From assembly GCA_958295805.1 (NCBI GenBank), contig OY282373.1, forward strand, positions 2,705,499-2,769,498: DNA of 64,000 nt. The letters are read 5' to 3'. Each line of letters opens with the position of its first letter. The first letter of the stretch is position 1. The DNA comes from an uncultured Nitrospirales bacterium (GTDB lineage: Bacteria; Nitrospirota; Nitrospiria; Nitrospirales; UBA8639). Made by a program: the position numbers and the translations under genes. The notes under the pieces were generated by a model, which worked only from the letters and a program-made list of their open reading frames with translations, was not told the DNA's origin and did no database searches. Positions 1 to 9,651 of this stretch are shown in pieces.

Positions 1-748
1 TCCCGCTGACCATGGTCCCATGCACCCTTCCTTCCCGGCGGTAGGAAAAAAACAAATCCGACCGGCACATGGTACACGCGTCCACGACGTGGATATGGTC
101 CTGACGGATGCCGAGCGACTTGGCTTGCCACGCGATCAATTCTTTCAAGTCGACGTGGCCGGTCTCCGGCCCGGTGCGCTTGAAGACGGTGGCGGAACGC
201 GGCACGTCCAGCATCAGTTGTTCAATCACCGGCGCATCGACTTCATAACAACACGGTCCGGCCGACGGCCCGATCGCCACGTGGAACGCCGTCGGGTCTC
301 CTCCGAACCGTTCGACCATTTTCCGGGCGGCTTTCGGCACAATGCCGTGCGCGATGCCCCGCCAGCCGGCATGGACCGCGCCCACCGACCCGCGAGAGGA
401 ATCCGCGATCAACACCGGCACGCAATCCGCGGTGCGGACGGTGACGAGCGTCTTGAGTTGATTCGTGATTACGGCGTCCCAGCCGTCGAGAAATTGTTCG
501 CCGACTTTCAGGGGACGATCCAGGACCAGAATCTCCGAGCCGTGTTCCTGACGGACGGACACCACCAAGGGATAGTCGGGTTCCGCGGCCTTGACCGTCC
601 CTCGATTTCCAATGAGTCCTCCATGGTACGGCCCGTGTCGCGTCCCGAAGAAATGCGACACGTGTCGATTCATCTTTCCAAACGACGCGCTCGTGAGTGG
701 AACCAGGGGCTTCATGCGATAGGTTACGTCCTCGGCAACCAGTACCAT
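1..748 (-). CDS. pgeF: Peptidoglycan editing factor PgeF / YfiH (DUF152 laccase-domain protein), 3' end cut by the window edge
   Basis: Absent from the ORF track because it runs off the window. The minus-strand frame from ATG 748-746 (GGAGGAG upstream) reads MVLVAEDVTYRM...RTADCVPVLIAD...VHAGWRGIAHGIV...GPCCYEVD...CTMCRSDLFFSYRREG, the YfiH family signature. A position just downstream of ftsZ is the common synteny. Confidence 0.85.
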   Translation of the reverse strand, partial: MVLVAEDVTYRMKPLVPLTSASFGKMNRHVSHFFGTRHGPYHGGLIGNRGTVKAAEPDYPLVVSVRQEHGSEILVLDRPLKVGEQFLDGWDAVITNQLKTLVTVRTADCVPVLIADSSRGSVGAVHAGWRGIAHGIVPKAARKMVERFGGDPTAFHVAIGPSAGPCCYEVDAPVIEQLMLDVPRSATVFKRTGPETGHVDLKELIAWQAKSLGIRQDHIHVVDACTMCRSDLFFSYRREGRVHGTMVSG

Positions 749-774
749 TTCGTCTCCTCCTTCACGTCAATCGG

Positions 775-1965
775 TTATTTCGCTCTTCTGCGCAAAAAGG
801 TGGGCACGTCCCAATCTTCATCCGCCAACGCATTGCCGTTTTCCGCCAGTCGAGCCGATTCCATGCGTCTCATGTAGGCGGGACGCTCAAGGTCGTCGGC
901 CCCTGAAGAAGCCCGTACCGCGGCCAAGGCGGGTTCAGGAGTCGGAGGCGCATAGAGGTCGGCAGGCTCCGGCGCGGCCGACTGCGACTTCGGCCGCGTG
1001 AGTTCCTGTTGTGATTCAAACCCGGTCGCGATGATCGTGACCACCAGTTCGTCTTCCAACGCCGGGTCAATCACCTGGCCGACGATGATGTTGGCTTTCG
1101 GATCAGCGGCTTCTTTTGCAATGGTGGAGGCTTCATCCACTTCATGGAGAGACAGATTCTCTCCCCCGCTGATGTTGACCAGGAGCCCTTTCGCGCCCTT
1201 GACGCCACTCTCTTCCAACAGCGGACTGCAAATCGCCTGCTTGGCCGCCGCCATGGCGCGATTCGGCCCCTGGGCCGTCCCCATGCCCATCACGGCTCTT
1301 CCGGTGTAACTCATCACCGTTCGCACATCGGCAAAATCGACGTTGACCAGGCCCGGCGTGGTAATCACTTCGGTAATGCCCTTAATCGCCTGACGCAAGA
1401 CGTCATCCGCCACTTTGAAGGCCTCCAGCAACGGCGTGTTTTTCTCCACCAGGTTCAACAGTTTCTGATTGGGAATAATCAGCAACGAATCCACGTGTCG
1501 TCGGAGTTCCCGTAAGCCTTCCTCGGCGTAGCCCATGCGACGATGGCCTTCATATTGAAACGGTTTGGTGACCACGCCGACCGTCAGGATGCCGAGCGAT
1601 TTGGCAATGCCGGCGACGATGGGGGCACCGCCCGTCCCGGTTCCGCCGCCCATGCCCGCGGTGACGAACACCATGTCCGCTCCGTCCAAGGCCTCACGGA
1701 TGTCCGATTCGCTCTCTATGGCGGCCTCCTTGCCCACTTCGGGTTTTGCGCCGGCGCCGAGCCCTTTCGTTCGCTCCAGACCTAATTGAATCTTGTGCGG
1801 GGCGGTGGATTTGAGGATCGCCTGGCGATCGGTATTGGCCACGACAAATTCAACGTTCGTGAGACCGGCGGCGATCATCGTGTTGACCGCGTTGCACCCT
1901 GCGCCACCAATCCCGAGCACTCTGATTTGAATGCGTGCAATGTCTTCCTCTTGCAATGCAAACAT
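775..1965 (-). CDS. ftsZ: Cell division GTPase FtsZ
   Basis: ORF 775..2016 contains [10 protein letters not shown] and [12 protein letters not shown] tubulin signature motifs. Start moved to ATG 1965 (MFALQEED...), which is preceded by AAGGAGG. Confidence 0.97.
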   Translation of the reverse strand: MFALQEEDIARIQIRVLGIGGAGCNAVNTMIAAGLTNVEFVVANTDRQAILKSTAPHKIQLGLERTKGLGAGAKPEVGKEAAIESESDIREALDGADMVFVTAGMGGGTGTGGAPIVAGIAKSLGILTVGVVTKPFQYEGHRRMGYAEEGLRELRRHVDSLLIIPNQKLLNLVEKNTPLLEAFKVADDVLRQAIKGITEVITTPGLVNVDFADVRTVMSYTGRAVMGMGTAQGPNRAMAAAKQAICSPLLEESGVKGAKGLLVNISGGENLSLHEVDEASTIAKEAADPKANIIVGQVIDPALEDELVVTIIATGFESQQELTRPKSQSAAPEPADLYAPPTPEPALAAVRASSGADDLERPAYMRRMESARLAENGNALADEDWDVPTFLRRRAK

Positions 1966-2039
1966 GGAATACCTCCTTGGTTCATGACCCGTGGCGAGTG
2001 GCCCGTGGTTCGTCACGGATCACCGGTCACCGACCACTA

Positions 2040-3281
2040 TCAGAAAAAATTGACGACCCAATTCTTCATGCGACCCAACACGCTCCCGAAGCCATTGCCG
2101 CTTTTCCTTCCTCCTCCGACGCTCTCAAATTCCTGGCCACGGTGCGCGTGCAGGATTAACCCCACGACCGTGGAATACATGGGGCTGTTGACCATGTCCC
2201 GCAACCCGCCCACGTTGGCGGGAAGCACGCCCCGTCTCCCCGGTAAATCCAGGATGACTTCGGCGACGTCGGGCATCCCCTTGAGTATGGACGTGCCGCC
2301 GGTGATGACCACGCCCGCGGCCAGTTTGCCCTCATATCCCGATCGACGAATTTCCCGCAGGACCAAGTCGAATATTTCCTCTACCCGCGGTTCGATAATC
2401 TCGGCTATCTCCCGTTTGCTCACGGGACGCGCCGGCCGGCCACCGACGCTCGGGACCGCCACGGTCTCCACGTCGTCCACCATGCGCGCGATCGCTACGC
2501 CGTGATGAACCTTGATGTCTTCTGCATCCGCCAGAGGAGTCCGCAACCCGATTTGCAGGTCGGTCGTCACGTGTTGGCCGCCGATCGGCAGCACCGCGGA
2601 GTGACTGATCGTCCCTTCAGAAAAAATAGCCAGATCCGACGTGCCCCCACCCAGATCGACCATCGCAATCCCCAATTCTCTTTCCTCTTCCGTCAGCACG
2701 GCCTCGCTGGAGGCCAGCGGCTGTAGCACGATATCAACCACGTCCAGTCCGGCCCGATTCACGCATTTCACCAGATTTCTCGCCGAGGTGACCGCCCCCG
2801 TCACGATGTGGACGTCAACCTCCAACCGCGACCCGGAAATCCCCACCGGTTCTCGAATGCCTTCCTGATCGTCCACGATAAACTCACGCGGCAGGACGTG
2901 AAGCACCTGTCGATCGGACGACAACACGGCCGCGGACCGAGCCGTCTCAATGGCGCGCTGCACGTCCGAGCGGGAGACTTCCTCTCGCTTCAGCGCCACC
3001 ACTCCCTTGGCGGTTTCGCTGGAAATGTGCCCACCGGCGATCCCGATGTAGACGGAGTTGATGGCCACGCCCGACATCATTTCCGCGGTTTCCACCGCGG
3101 TTTTAATCGACTCCACGGTGCTTTCGATGTTCACGACCACCCCTTTGCGCAATCCTCTGGAGGGACTCGAACCGAAACCGATAATATTGACGCCCTGGTC
3201 CGTCCCCACCGCGGCGACGATGACGCAAATTTTGGTTGTGCCAATGTCAAGTCCGACCACGATCTGTTCTTTTTTCGCCAT
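2040..3281 (-). CDS. ftsA: Cell division protein FtsA (actin-like ATPase)
   Basis: 413 aa with VGLDIGTTKICVIV and DLGGGTSD actin-fold motifs. Lies between ftsQ and ftsZ. Confidence 0.95.
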   Translation of the reverse strand: MAKKEQIVVGLDIGTTKICVIVAAVGTDQGVNIIGFGSSPSRGLRKGVVVNIESTVESIKTAVETAEMMSGVAINSVYIGIAGGHISSETAKGVVALKREEVSRSDVQRAIETARSAAVLSSDRQVLHVLPREFIVDDQEGIREPVGISGSRLEVDVHIVTGAVTSARNLVKCVNRAGLDVVDIVLQPLASSEAVLTEEERELGIAMVDLGGGTSDLAIFSEGTISHSAVLPIGGQHVTTDLQIGLRTPLADAEDIKVHHGVAIARMVDDVETVAVPSVGGRPARPVSKREIAEIIEPRVEEIFDLVLREIRRSGYEGKLAAGVVITGGTSILKGMPDVAEVILDLPGRRGVLPANVGGLRDMVNSPMYSTVVGLILHAHRGQEFESVGGGRKSGNGFGSVLGRMKNWVVNFF

Positions 3282-3290
3282 GATGTTCGG

Positions 3291-4052
3291 TCATCCTTTC
3301 TTGCGGACGATCACCTTTCCGGCAAATCGTAAATCCACGTCGTGCGGGTCGTGCTGAAGACGCTCCTGAATAGATGGTTCCAGATTGAGATACCGCTGCC
3401 ACGTGGGGAGAAAGTCTTCATTGACCAAGAAGACGAACGCGTCGGCTTTCCCCGTGATGAAACGTGCATCACTCACGTCCACGGTCACCGGCGTCCCAAA
3501 CCGTCGTTGCAGGTGCTCGGCAAAGGAGAGTCCCTTCCGAATCCGATCCTGAGACGCAGGGTCTCCTCCCAGAAGTTTGACGGCAGAAAGACCGACGAGT
3601 CTGGGCAAGCGGCCCATCTGCCCGTCCGAGGCAATGGATAGCACCGCGCCTTGTTTGTCCACGAACAGATCGCCTCCCACGTGTTGAACCACCGCCGCCG
3701 GCTTTCGCTCCACCACGACCACCGCCAAGGTGTGCGGCAGGGCTCGCCCCACGGACGCCGACGACACCCACGGATGAGCCGTCACCCTCTTTTCCAACGT
3801 TGCGAGATCCAACGAGAGCAGAGACCCATGCTCGGGTAATTCCAACAACGAAAGAATTTCTCGACGATCGACGCGGTCCACCCCGGAAATGGACACGTGC
3901 TGAATGCTCGTCCAACCGGCCACGGCTGACGGGAGCCACTGATACCCGGCCAGACCCAGAATCCCCAGGCTCACGAACACCCCACACGCGATCATCCGGA
4001 ATCGCCTCGCCGACGAGGGGTGCCGCGGAAGCGGTCGGTTTCTCCGACTCAT
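3291..4052 (-). CDS. ftsQ: Cell division protein FtsQ (POTRA domain, N-terminal TM helix)
   Basis: 253 aa with one TM helix followed by a POTRA-like segment (ISGVDRVDRREIL). ATGA overlap with the ddl stop. Position is ddl-ftsQ-ftsA. Confidence 0.85.
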   Translation of the reverse strand: MSRRNRPLPRHPSSARRFRMIACGVFVSLGILGLAGYQWLPSAVAGWTSIQHVSISGVDRVDRREILSLLELPEHGSLLSLDLATLEKRVTAHPWVSSASVGRALPHTLAVVVVERKPAAVVQHVGGDLFVDKQGAVLSIASDGQMGRLPRLVGLSAVKLLGGDPASQDRIRKGLSFAEHLQRRFGTPVTVDVSDARFITGKADAFVFLVNEDFLPTWQRYLNLEPSIQERLQHDPHDVDLRFAGKVIVRKKG

Positions 4053-5008
4053 GATCGGCCTCGTCTCGTTCGGAGTTTACGACCCATCCCACTCGATCGA
4101 CGCTGGAATGCAGACTGTAAAATACGTTCCGTCAACGAGTCATACTCAATACCGGCTTGAGCCGCAGACATGGGAAGCAGACTTCTTTGAGTCATGCCGG
4201 GGGTGGTGTTGATTTCCAGAAAAACGGGACGCCCTCGCGTCGTCAGACGAAAATCAACTCGTGCCGCACCGACGCATCCCAGGACGTGGTAGGCACGCAC
4301 GGCCAACTCCTGCACCCGTTGACTCCGGCGCTCGGTTAACGGGGCCGGGCAGAGATAGCGCGTCTCGGCTTTTTCATACTTGGCGGCATAATCGTAGATC
4401 CCGCCCGGCGAGAGAATTTCAATCGGAGGCAGGGCTTCTCCGTCCAACACCGACACGGCGATTTCACGACCCTCGATAAACGATTCCACGAGCACTTCAT
4501 GATCGTGTTCAAAGGCCCGCTTGAGCGCGCGCGTCCATTGCCATGGTTGTCGCACCACCGACACCCCCAGCGTGGAGCCTCCGCGAGCGGGTTTGACGAT
4601 CAGCGGCAGGGGAAGACGCTCGGGGATGATCGGGTGATCGGTTCGTCGGATGACGACCCCCGACGCAATCGAAACGCCGTGGCACCGAACCAACGTCTTG
4701 GCGACCGGTTTATCCATCCCCATCGCACTCGCTTGGACTCCTGAACCGGTATAGGGAATGCCCATCATTTCCAACAGTCCCTGGACCGTCCCATCTTCGC
4801 CTCCCCGACCGTGAAGCGCGAGAAAGGCCAACGTGACGTTGTGCCCCTGTAGTCTGAACGCCAACGAGGTATCCGCGTCCATGCACGTCGCCCGATACCC
4901 TCGTCGGAGCAAGGCCGCATGGACGGCCTGACCCGTTCTGACGGAAACCTCACGCTCGGAGGATTGCCCTCCCATAATCACGCCGATATGCTCAGAAATG
5001 ACGCGCAT
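4049..5008 (-). CDS. ddl: D-alanine--D-alanine ligase
   Basis: ATP-grasp Ddl sequence (GVIMGGQSSEREVSVRTG, LHGRGGEDGTVQGLLE, FLEINTTPGMT). ATG 5008 is preferred over the GTG at 5023 because GAGGGA lies 8 nt upstream and it removes the overlap with murB. Confidence 0.93.
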   Translation of the reverse strand: MRVISEHIGVIMGGQSSEREVSVRTGQAVHAALLRRGYRATCMDADTSLAFRLQGHNVTLAFLALHGRGGEDGTVQGLLEMMGIPYTGSGVQASAMGMDKPVAKTLVRCHGVSIASGVVIRRTDHPIIPERLPLPLIVKPARGGSTLGVSVVRQPWQWTRALKRAFEHDHEVLVESFIEGREIAVSVLDGEALPPIEILSPGGIYDYAAKYEKAETRYLCPAPLTERRSQRVQELAVRAYHVLGCVGAARVDFRLTTRGRPVFLEINTTPGMTQRSLLPMSAAQAGIEYDSLTERILQSAFQRRSSGMGRKLRTRRGRS

Positions 5009-5012
5009 CAGA

Positions 5013-5948
5013 TCATCCCTCACCCACTACTTTCCATTCCAACTCCAGCATCGTGCCCGTTCGATGAAACACGTCCTGTTGAATTTTTTTTATGAGCAGC
5101 AGCATGTCCGTGGCGCGCGCGCGTCCCAGATTCACGATAAAATTGGCGTGCTTTGCCGACACTTGCGCGTCCCCCACTCGATACCCTTTGAGGCCGGCCT
5201 CTTCAATCAAACGCCCGGCCGTGGTGCCGGACGGGTTTTTGAAGACGGACCCGGCATTGGGTTGCGATAAGGGTTGCGAATGCTTTCGATACTGCAAGTA
5301 TGCCTTCGTGCTGGCTTCAAGGTGTTTTTTGGAAGCCGGCGTCAGACGAAGCCGTGCCCCCACCACGACGCCTTCCGGGAGGTCGACGCGACGATACGAA
5401 AAAGCAAGGTCCGCTGCGGCGCAGGTGCGGACGTGACCCTCGGGCGTCACCATTTGAACGGCGTCCAGACAGTTCTGCACGTCCCCCAATTTGGTCCCGG
5501 CGTTCATAACCACTGCCCCGCCGAGGGTTCCAGGGATGCCGACGGCCCATTCAAGCCCGGACAATGACTGACTCACGGCGTAGCCCAGCAGGGTCGGCAG
5601 CCGAACTCCGGCTTCCGCAAACACGATCCGTTCATCCTCTCTGGTCACGGCGGCCAGCTTGGACAGGCTCAAGACCAATCCCCGTACCCCTCCGTCTTTC
5701 ACTAAAAGGTTCGTGCCGCCCAGCACCATGAGAGGGAGACGGGCGGTCGCGGCTTGACGAACGATCCGACGCACGTCGGGAACGTCTTCCGGCACGATCA
5801 GCGCATCCGCGGGCCCTCCGATTCGAAGCGACGTCAACTCCGCCAACGGCGCGTCGAACGTCACCGCACCGCGAACGCCCGAGAGTACCGTCGCAAATTG
5901 CGGAGGCGAGATTGCCGATTTTCGATCTTCGAGTTGACAATCCATCAT
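5013..5948 (-). CDS. murB: UDP-N-acetylenolpyruvoylglucosamine reductase
   Basis: 311 aa with FAD-binding MurB motifs (LRIGGPAD, GGTNLL, AGSVFKNP). dcw position. Confidence 0.93.
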   Translation of the reverse strand: MMDCQLEDRKSAISPPQFATVLSGVRGAVTFDAPLAELTSLRIGGPADALIVPEDVPDVRRIVRQAATARLPLMVLGGTNLLVKDGGVRGLVLSLSKLAAVTREDERIVFAEAGVRLPTLLGYAVSQSLSGLEWAVGIPGTLGGAVVMNAGTKLGDVQNCLDAVQMVTPEGHVRTCAAADLAFSYRRVDLPEGVVVGARLRLTPASKKHLEASTKAYLQYRKHSQPLSQPNAGSVFKNPSGTTAGRLIEEAGLKGYRVGDAQVSAKHANFIVNLGRARATDMLLLIKKIQQDVFHRTGTMLELEWKVVGEG

Positions 5949-5957
5949 CGACGATCC

Positions 5958-7343
5958 TCAAGCTAACGTGTTCAGTAACTCCACGCCCATCTTCCAGACG
6001 TCACCCGCGCCCAGGGTTAACACGCGATCTCCAGGTTGCAGGTCAGGGATCAATCGGCTGACGACGCCGTCCGTTTTCTCCATCCAATGAACCGCCGGAT
6101 GGCCAGCCGCACGAATTCGTTCAGCCAGCGTCTCACCCGACGCGCCCGCGACGGGTGATTCCCCTGCTGCATACACCGGCGTCACGTACAACACGTCCGC
6201 CTGGTCAAACGCTTGGGCGAAGTCATCCAGAAGATCGCGAGTCCGGCTGTACCGGTGGGGCTGAAAGATGACCACCAGACGTCCCGGCCAGACGGTTTTG
6301 ACTGCCGCAAGCGTCAGACGGATTTCCGTGGGATGATGGCCGTAATCATCCACCACCACGATGCCGTCTTTTTCACCGCGAACGTGAAATCGTCGTTCCA
6401 CGCCGGAAAACGCGGCCATGCCGGTTCGAATCAGATCCAACGGGGCATCCAGTTCCAATGCGACGGCGATTGCCGCTAAGGCGTTGGACACGTTGTGGAC
6501 GCCCGGAATATTGAGTCGAAAAGGGCCTAATTCTTTTCCGTGATGCCGCGCACGAAAATTGGTCACCCCGTGCTGAACCGTGATCTCCGTTGCCTGGAAG
6601 TCCGGCACGTGGGCATCCGAGGACGCGTGGAGCCCATAGGTCACGCATCGTTTCCGTATCTGAGGCAACATCGCGCGCAGTCGAACGTCATCCGCGCACA
6701 GAACGGCCGCCCCGTAAAATGGAACTTTATTGACGAATTCCAGAAAGGCCGCTTCCAGCCGATCCATGGACCCGTAATAATCAAGATGTTCGCGATCAAC
6801 GTTCGTCACCACGGCAATCGAGGGAGACAGGCGAAGGAAGGAGCCGTCGCTTTCATCGGCCTCGGCAATCAGCAAGTCACTTCGGCCCAATCTCGCGTGC
6901 GTCCCCATGGCGTTCACCTTGCCGCCAACGACGAACGTCGGGTCAAGGCCGGCGTGGGCCAACACCGACGCCACCAACGACGTCGTGGTGGTTTTGCCGT
7001 GAGCCCCGGCAATCGCCACCCCGAACTTGAGCCGCATGAGTTCAGCCAACATTTCGGCCCGCGGGATCACCGGCACCACGTTCTTTTTCGCGGCGACGAT
7101 TTCGGGATTGGAGTCTTGAACGGCTGAAGAAACCACCACGACTTGCGCTCCGTTCACGTGAGATTCATCGTGCCCGATAAAGATTGTTCCGCCCAACGTT
7201 TCCAGGCGACGCGTCACGTCCGACGACGCAAGGTCAGACCCGGTGACGTGGTAGCCCCGCGTCAACAACACCTCGGCGATGCCGCTCATCCCACTCCCGC
7301 CGACCCCGACGAAGTGAATGTGTTGAATTTTTCGGAACATCAT
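5958..7343 (-). CDS. murC: UDP-N-acetylmuramate--L-alanine ligase
   Basis: 461 aa with HFVGVGGSGMSGIAEVL and GAHGKTTTTS Mur-ligase motifs. Confidence 0.95.
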   Translation of the reverse strand: MMFRKIQHIHFVGVGGSGMSGIAEVLLTRGYHVTGSDLASSDVTRRLETLGGTIFIGHDESHVNGAQVVVVSSAVQDSNPEIVAAKKNVVPVIPRAEMLAELMRLKFGVAIAGAHGKTTTTSLVASVLAHAGLDPTFVVGGKVNAMGTHARLGRSDLLIAEADESDGSFLRLSPSIAVVTNVDREHLDYYGSMDRLEAAFLEFVNKVPFYGAAVLCADDVRLRAMLPQIRKRCVTYGLHASSDAHVPDFQATEITVQHGVTNFRARHHGKELGPFRLNIPGVHNVSNALAAIAVALELDAPLDLIRTGMAAFSGVERRFHVRGEKDGIVVVDDYGHHPTEIRLTLAAVKTVWPGRLVVIFQPHRYSRTRDLLDDFAQAFDQADVLYVTPVYAAGESPVAGASGETLAERIRAAGHPAVHWMEKTDGVVSRLIPDLQPGDRVLTLGAGDVWKMGVELLNTLA

Positions 7344-8452
7344 GCGTCATCCTTGTGGCCAGCGGTCAGTGGCGCGTGGTCACCGGTCACGAGCCGACGA
7401 CACTCGTTGACCATGGTTTCGGCCGCGTCCGTTCGTCGCAACCGCAAACTCCGCTCAGCCATGGACCGAACGCGGTCAGGATGGTGGAGCAACGCCTCGA
7501 GTTCCTGCGCCAACCGCGCTCCGGTCAGACCGGGTTGGAGCAGGACGACGCCGGCCCCCGCTTGCTCCACGATCCGTGCATTGACTTCCTGATGATCGTG
7601 CGTCGCGTGAGGAAACGGTATCAGGATCGACGGTTTTCCACATGCTGCGATCTCCGCCAACGTTGCGGCTCCACATCGAGCAATCACCAGATCCGCTTGA
7701 CGCAACGCCTGCGCCACGTCCTGCACAAACGCCGTGACGTCCACCTTCACCCCTTGATCCCGATAGGCTTCAACCACTCGTTCAAAATCACGTTCACCCG
7801 TTTGATGAATCAGGTGGACGCCGCGAATAAGGGACGAGGACTGAACCGCCTCAACGACGACGGAATTCAGGGCCTTGGCGCCTTGGCTCCCTCCGCAGAC
7901 CAGCACCGTCTTGATCTGACCCGATCCGATACTCGGTGGTGAAGCGAGAAAGGCCTTTCGCAACGGGGTCCCCGCCACCATCACCTTGTTGCGACGAAAA
8001 TAGCGGACGGCCCGTTCGAACGAGACAAAAATTCTGTGAACCAATGGTCCCAACGCCCGGTTGGCCAGTCCTGGAACTGCATTGGGTTCGACCAAGGCTC
8101 GCGTGACGCCCAACCAGAACGCGGCCAACACCACCGGTGGACTGGTATAACCTCCGGTGCCGATCACCAGATCCGCCCGTGACGCGCGTAAGAAGGCAAT
8201 GGATTGCCGAATCGCTCCGGGCAGCAACAGCAGGGCCGTCAACGAAGACCTGACCCCACGGCCCACCACCCCCTGGACGCGCAGGGCTTCAACCTTCCAT
8301 TTCGTCTCCGACAGCATGGTCCGTTCAATCGCTCGCCCCGTCCCGACGAACGTCACGGACGTATTGGGCGCCTGCCGGCAAAACTCCTCGGCCAACGCCA
8401 GTGCCGGGTACACGTGTCCTCCGGTCCCACCGGCGGCAATCACGATGTTCAT
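7340..8452 (-). CDS. murG: Undecaprenyldiphospho-muramoylpentapeptide beta-N-acetylglucosaminyltransferase
   Basis: Canonical N-terminus MNIVIAAGGTGGHVYPALA starts at ATG 8452. The 527-aa ORF in the track is an upstream extension that overlaps ftsW. Confidence 0.93.
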   Translation of the reverse strand: MNIVIAAGGTGGHVYPALALAEEFCRQAPNTSVTFVGTGRAIERTMLSETKWKVEALRVQGVVGRGVRSSLTALLLLPGAIRQSIAFLRASRADLVIGTGGYTSPPVVLAAFWLGVTRALVEPNAVPGLANRALGPLVHRIFVSFERAVRYFRRNKVMVAGTPLRKAFLASPPSIGSGQIKTVLVCGGSQGAKALNSVVVEAVQSSSLIRGVHLIHQTGERDFERVVEAYRDQGVKVDVTAFVQDVAQALRQADLVIARCGAATLAEIAACGKPSILIPFPHATHDHQEVNARIVEQAGAGVVLLQPGLTGARLAQELEALLHHPDRVRSMAERSLRLRRTDAAETMVNECRRLVTGDHAPLTAGHKDDA

Positions 8453-8460
8453 CCCATCCG

Positions 8461-9636
8461 TCACGCCAATCCTCGATGGTACACGGGAACCGCCCGAGAC
8501 ACGCTGAGCAGCATCCCAATGGCCCCCAGACTCACGAGTAACGATGACCCGCCGTAACTCACGAAGGGCAACGTCAGGCCTTTCGTCGGCAGTAATCCGG
8601 ACACCACGCCCATGTTGATGACCACCTGCACCCCCAACAACAAGGTTACGCCGGAAGCCAAGTATCGTCCAAAGGCATCCGGGGCACTGCCGGCAATGTG
8701 AAATCCTCTGACGATCAACACCGTAAATAATCCAAGCAGCACCCCCGTCCCCAAAAACCCGAGTTCTTCTCCAACCAGGGCCAAGACAAAATCCGAATGC
8801 GCTTCCGGCAGAAAAAACAACTTTTGCCGGCCTTCTCCCAATCCCACGCCGAACATTCCACCGTTCCCCAAGGCCACAAATGATTGCGTGAGTTGAAAAC
8901 CGGCATTGGTCGGGTCTTGCCACGGATCTAAAAAATTCAGGAACCGGCGTCGGCGATAATCGGATTGCATAATCAGCAGGTACATCACGGGCAGAAGACT
9001 CAACCCCAGACCCAGGAGATGAGGAATCCTCGCCCCCCCCAGAAACAATAACCCCAACGCGATGATGGTCAGCACCGTCGCCGTTCCCATGTCGGGCTCA
9101 AGCATCACCAGACCGGCCACGCCTCCCACCACCAGAAGGGGCGCCAATACCCCGCGACTCAACGAGGTCACGTCCTGCTCTTTTCGCACGAGGAACGAAG
9201 CCAGGTACAGCACCACGGAGAGTTTCGCCAGTTCTCCCGGTTGAACGGAGAATCCCGCAAGACGCAACCACCGGCGCGCGCCATTGACTTGCGTGCCCAG
9301 CACGGGGATCAACACGACGATCAACAACACGACCGTCAGGCCCAGAACGTACGGCGTCAAGGTTTTCCACACGTCGTACTCCTGTCGAGCCACCCAATGC
9401 AGGACCACGATCCCCAACATGAGCCACAGAATTTGACGTTTCAGAAAAAACATCGAATCGCCGTATCGCGTTTCCGCCATGACGCCGCTGGCACTGAACA
9501 CCATAATCACGCCCATGAGGGCCAACGCATACGTCACTACCAGGACCGTCCGATCCATGGGACCGGTACAGGCGTGGTCGTCCCCACCCTTCCACGCCAA
9601 GGAGAGTTGCGCGTTGTTTGCACGAGGTCGCCGCAT
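8461..9636 (-). CDS. ftsW: Peptidoglycan glycosyltransferase FtsW (SEDS family)
   Basis: 391 aa, polytopic membrane protein with SEDS motifs (PGELAKL, LPEAHSDF, GLLPTKGLTLPFVSYGGSS). The start could instead be ATG 9558 (MDRTVL). Confidence 0.9.
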   Translation of the reverse strand: MRRPRANNAQLSLAWKGGDDHACTGPMDRTVLVVTYALALMGVIMVFSASGVMAETRYGDSMFFLKRQILWLMLGIVVLHWVARQEYDVWKTLTPYVLGLTVVLLIVVLIPVLGTQVNGARRWLRLAGFSVQPGELAKLSVVLYLASFLVRKEQDVTSLSRGVLAPLLVVGGVAGLVMLEPDMGTATVLTIIALGLLFLGGARIPHLLGLGLSLLPVMYLLIMQSDYRRRRFLNFLDPWQDPTNAGFQLTQSFVALGNGGMFGVGLGEGRQKLFFLPEAHSDFVLALVGEELGFLGTGVLLGLFTVLIVRGFHIAGSAPDAFGRYLASGVTLLLGVQVVINMGVVSGLLPTKGLTLPFVSYGGSSLLVSLGAIGMLLSVSRAVPVYHRGLA

Positions 9637-9651
9637 CTGCGTTTCTTCTTC

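Noticed and set aside
20-877. 285-aa plus-strand ORF at the window start
   Set aside because: It is antisense to a clearly recognisable pgeF/yfiH frame and has no recognisable motifs. It is an open antisense frame of the kind common in GC-rich DNA.
8453-8923. N-terminal 157-aa extension of the murG ORF, and the similar extension of leuS at 38970-39323
   Set aside because: The extensions overlap the upstream gene or intergenic DNA and lack homology. The canonical N-termini ([27 protein letters not shown]) start at internal ATGs.
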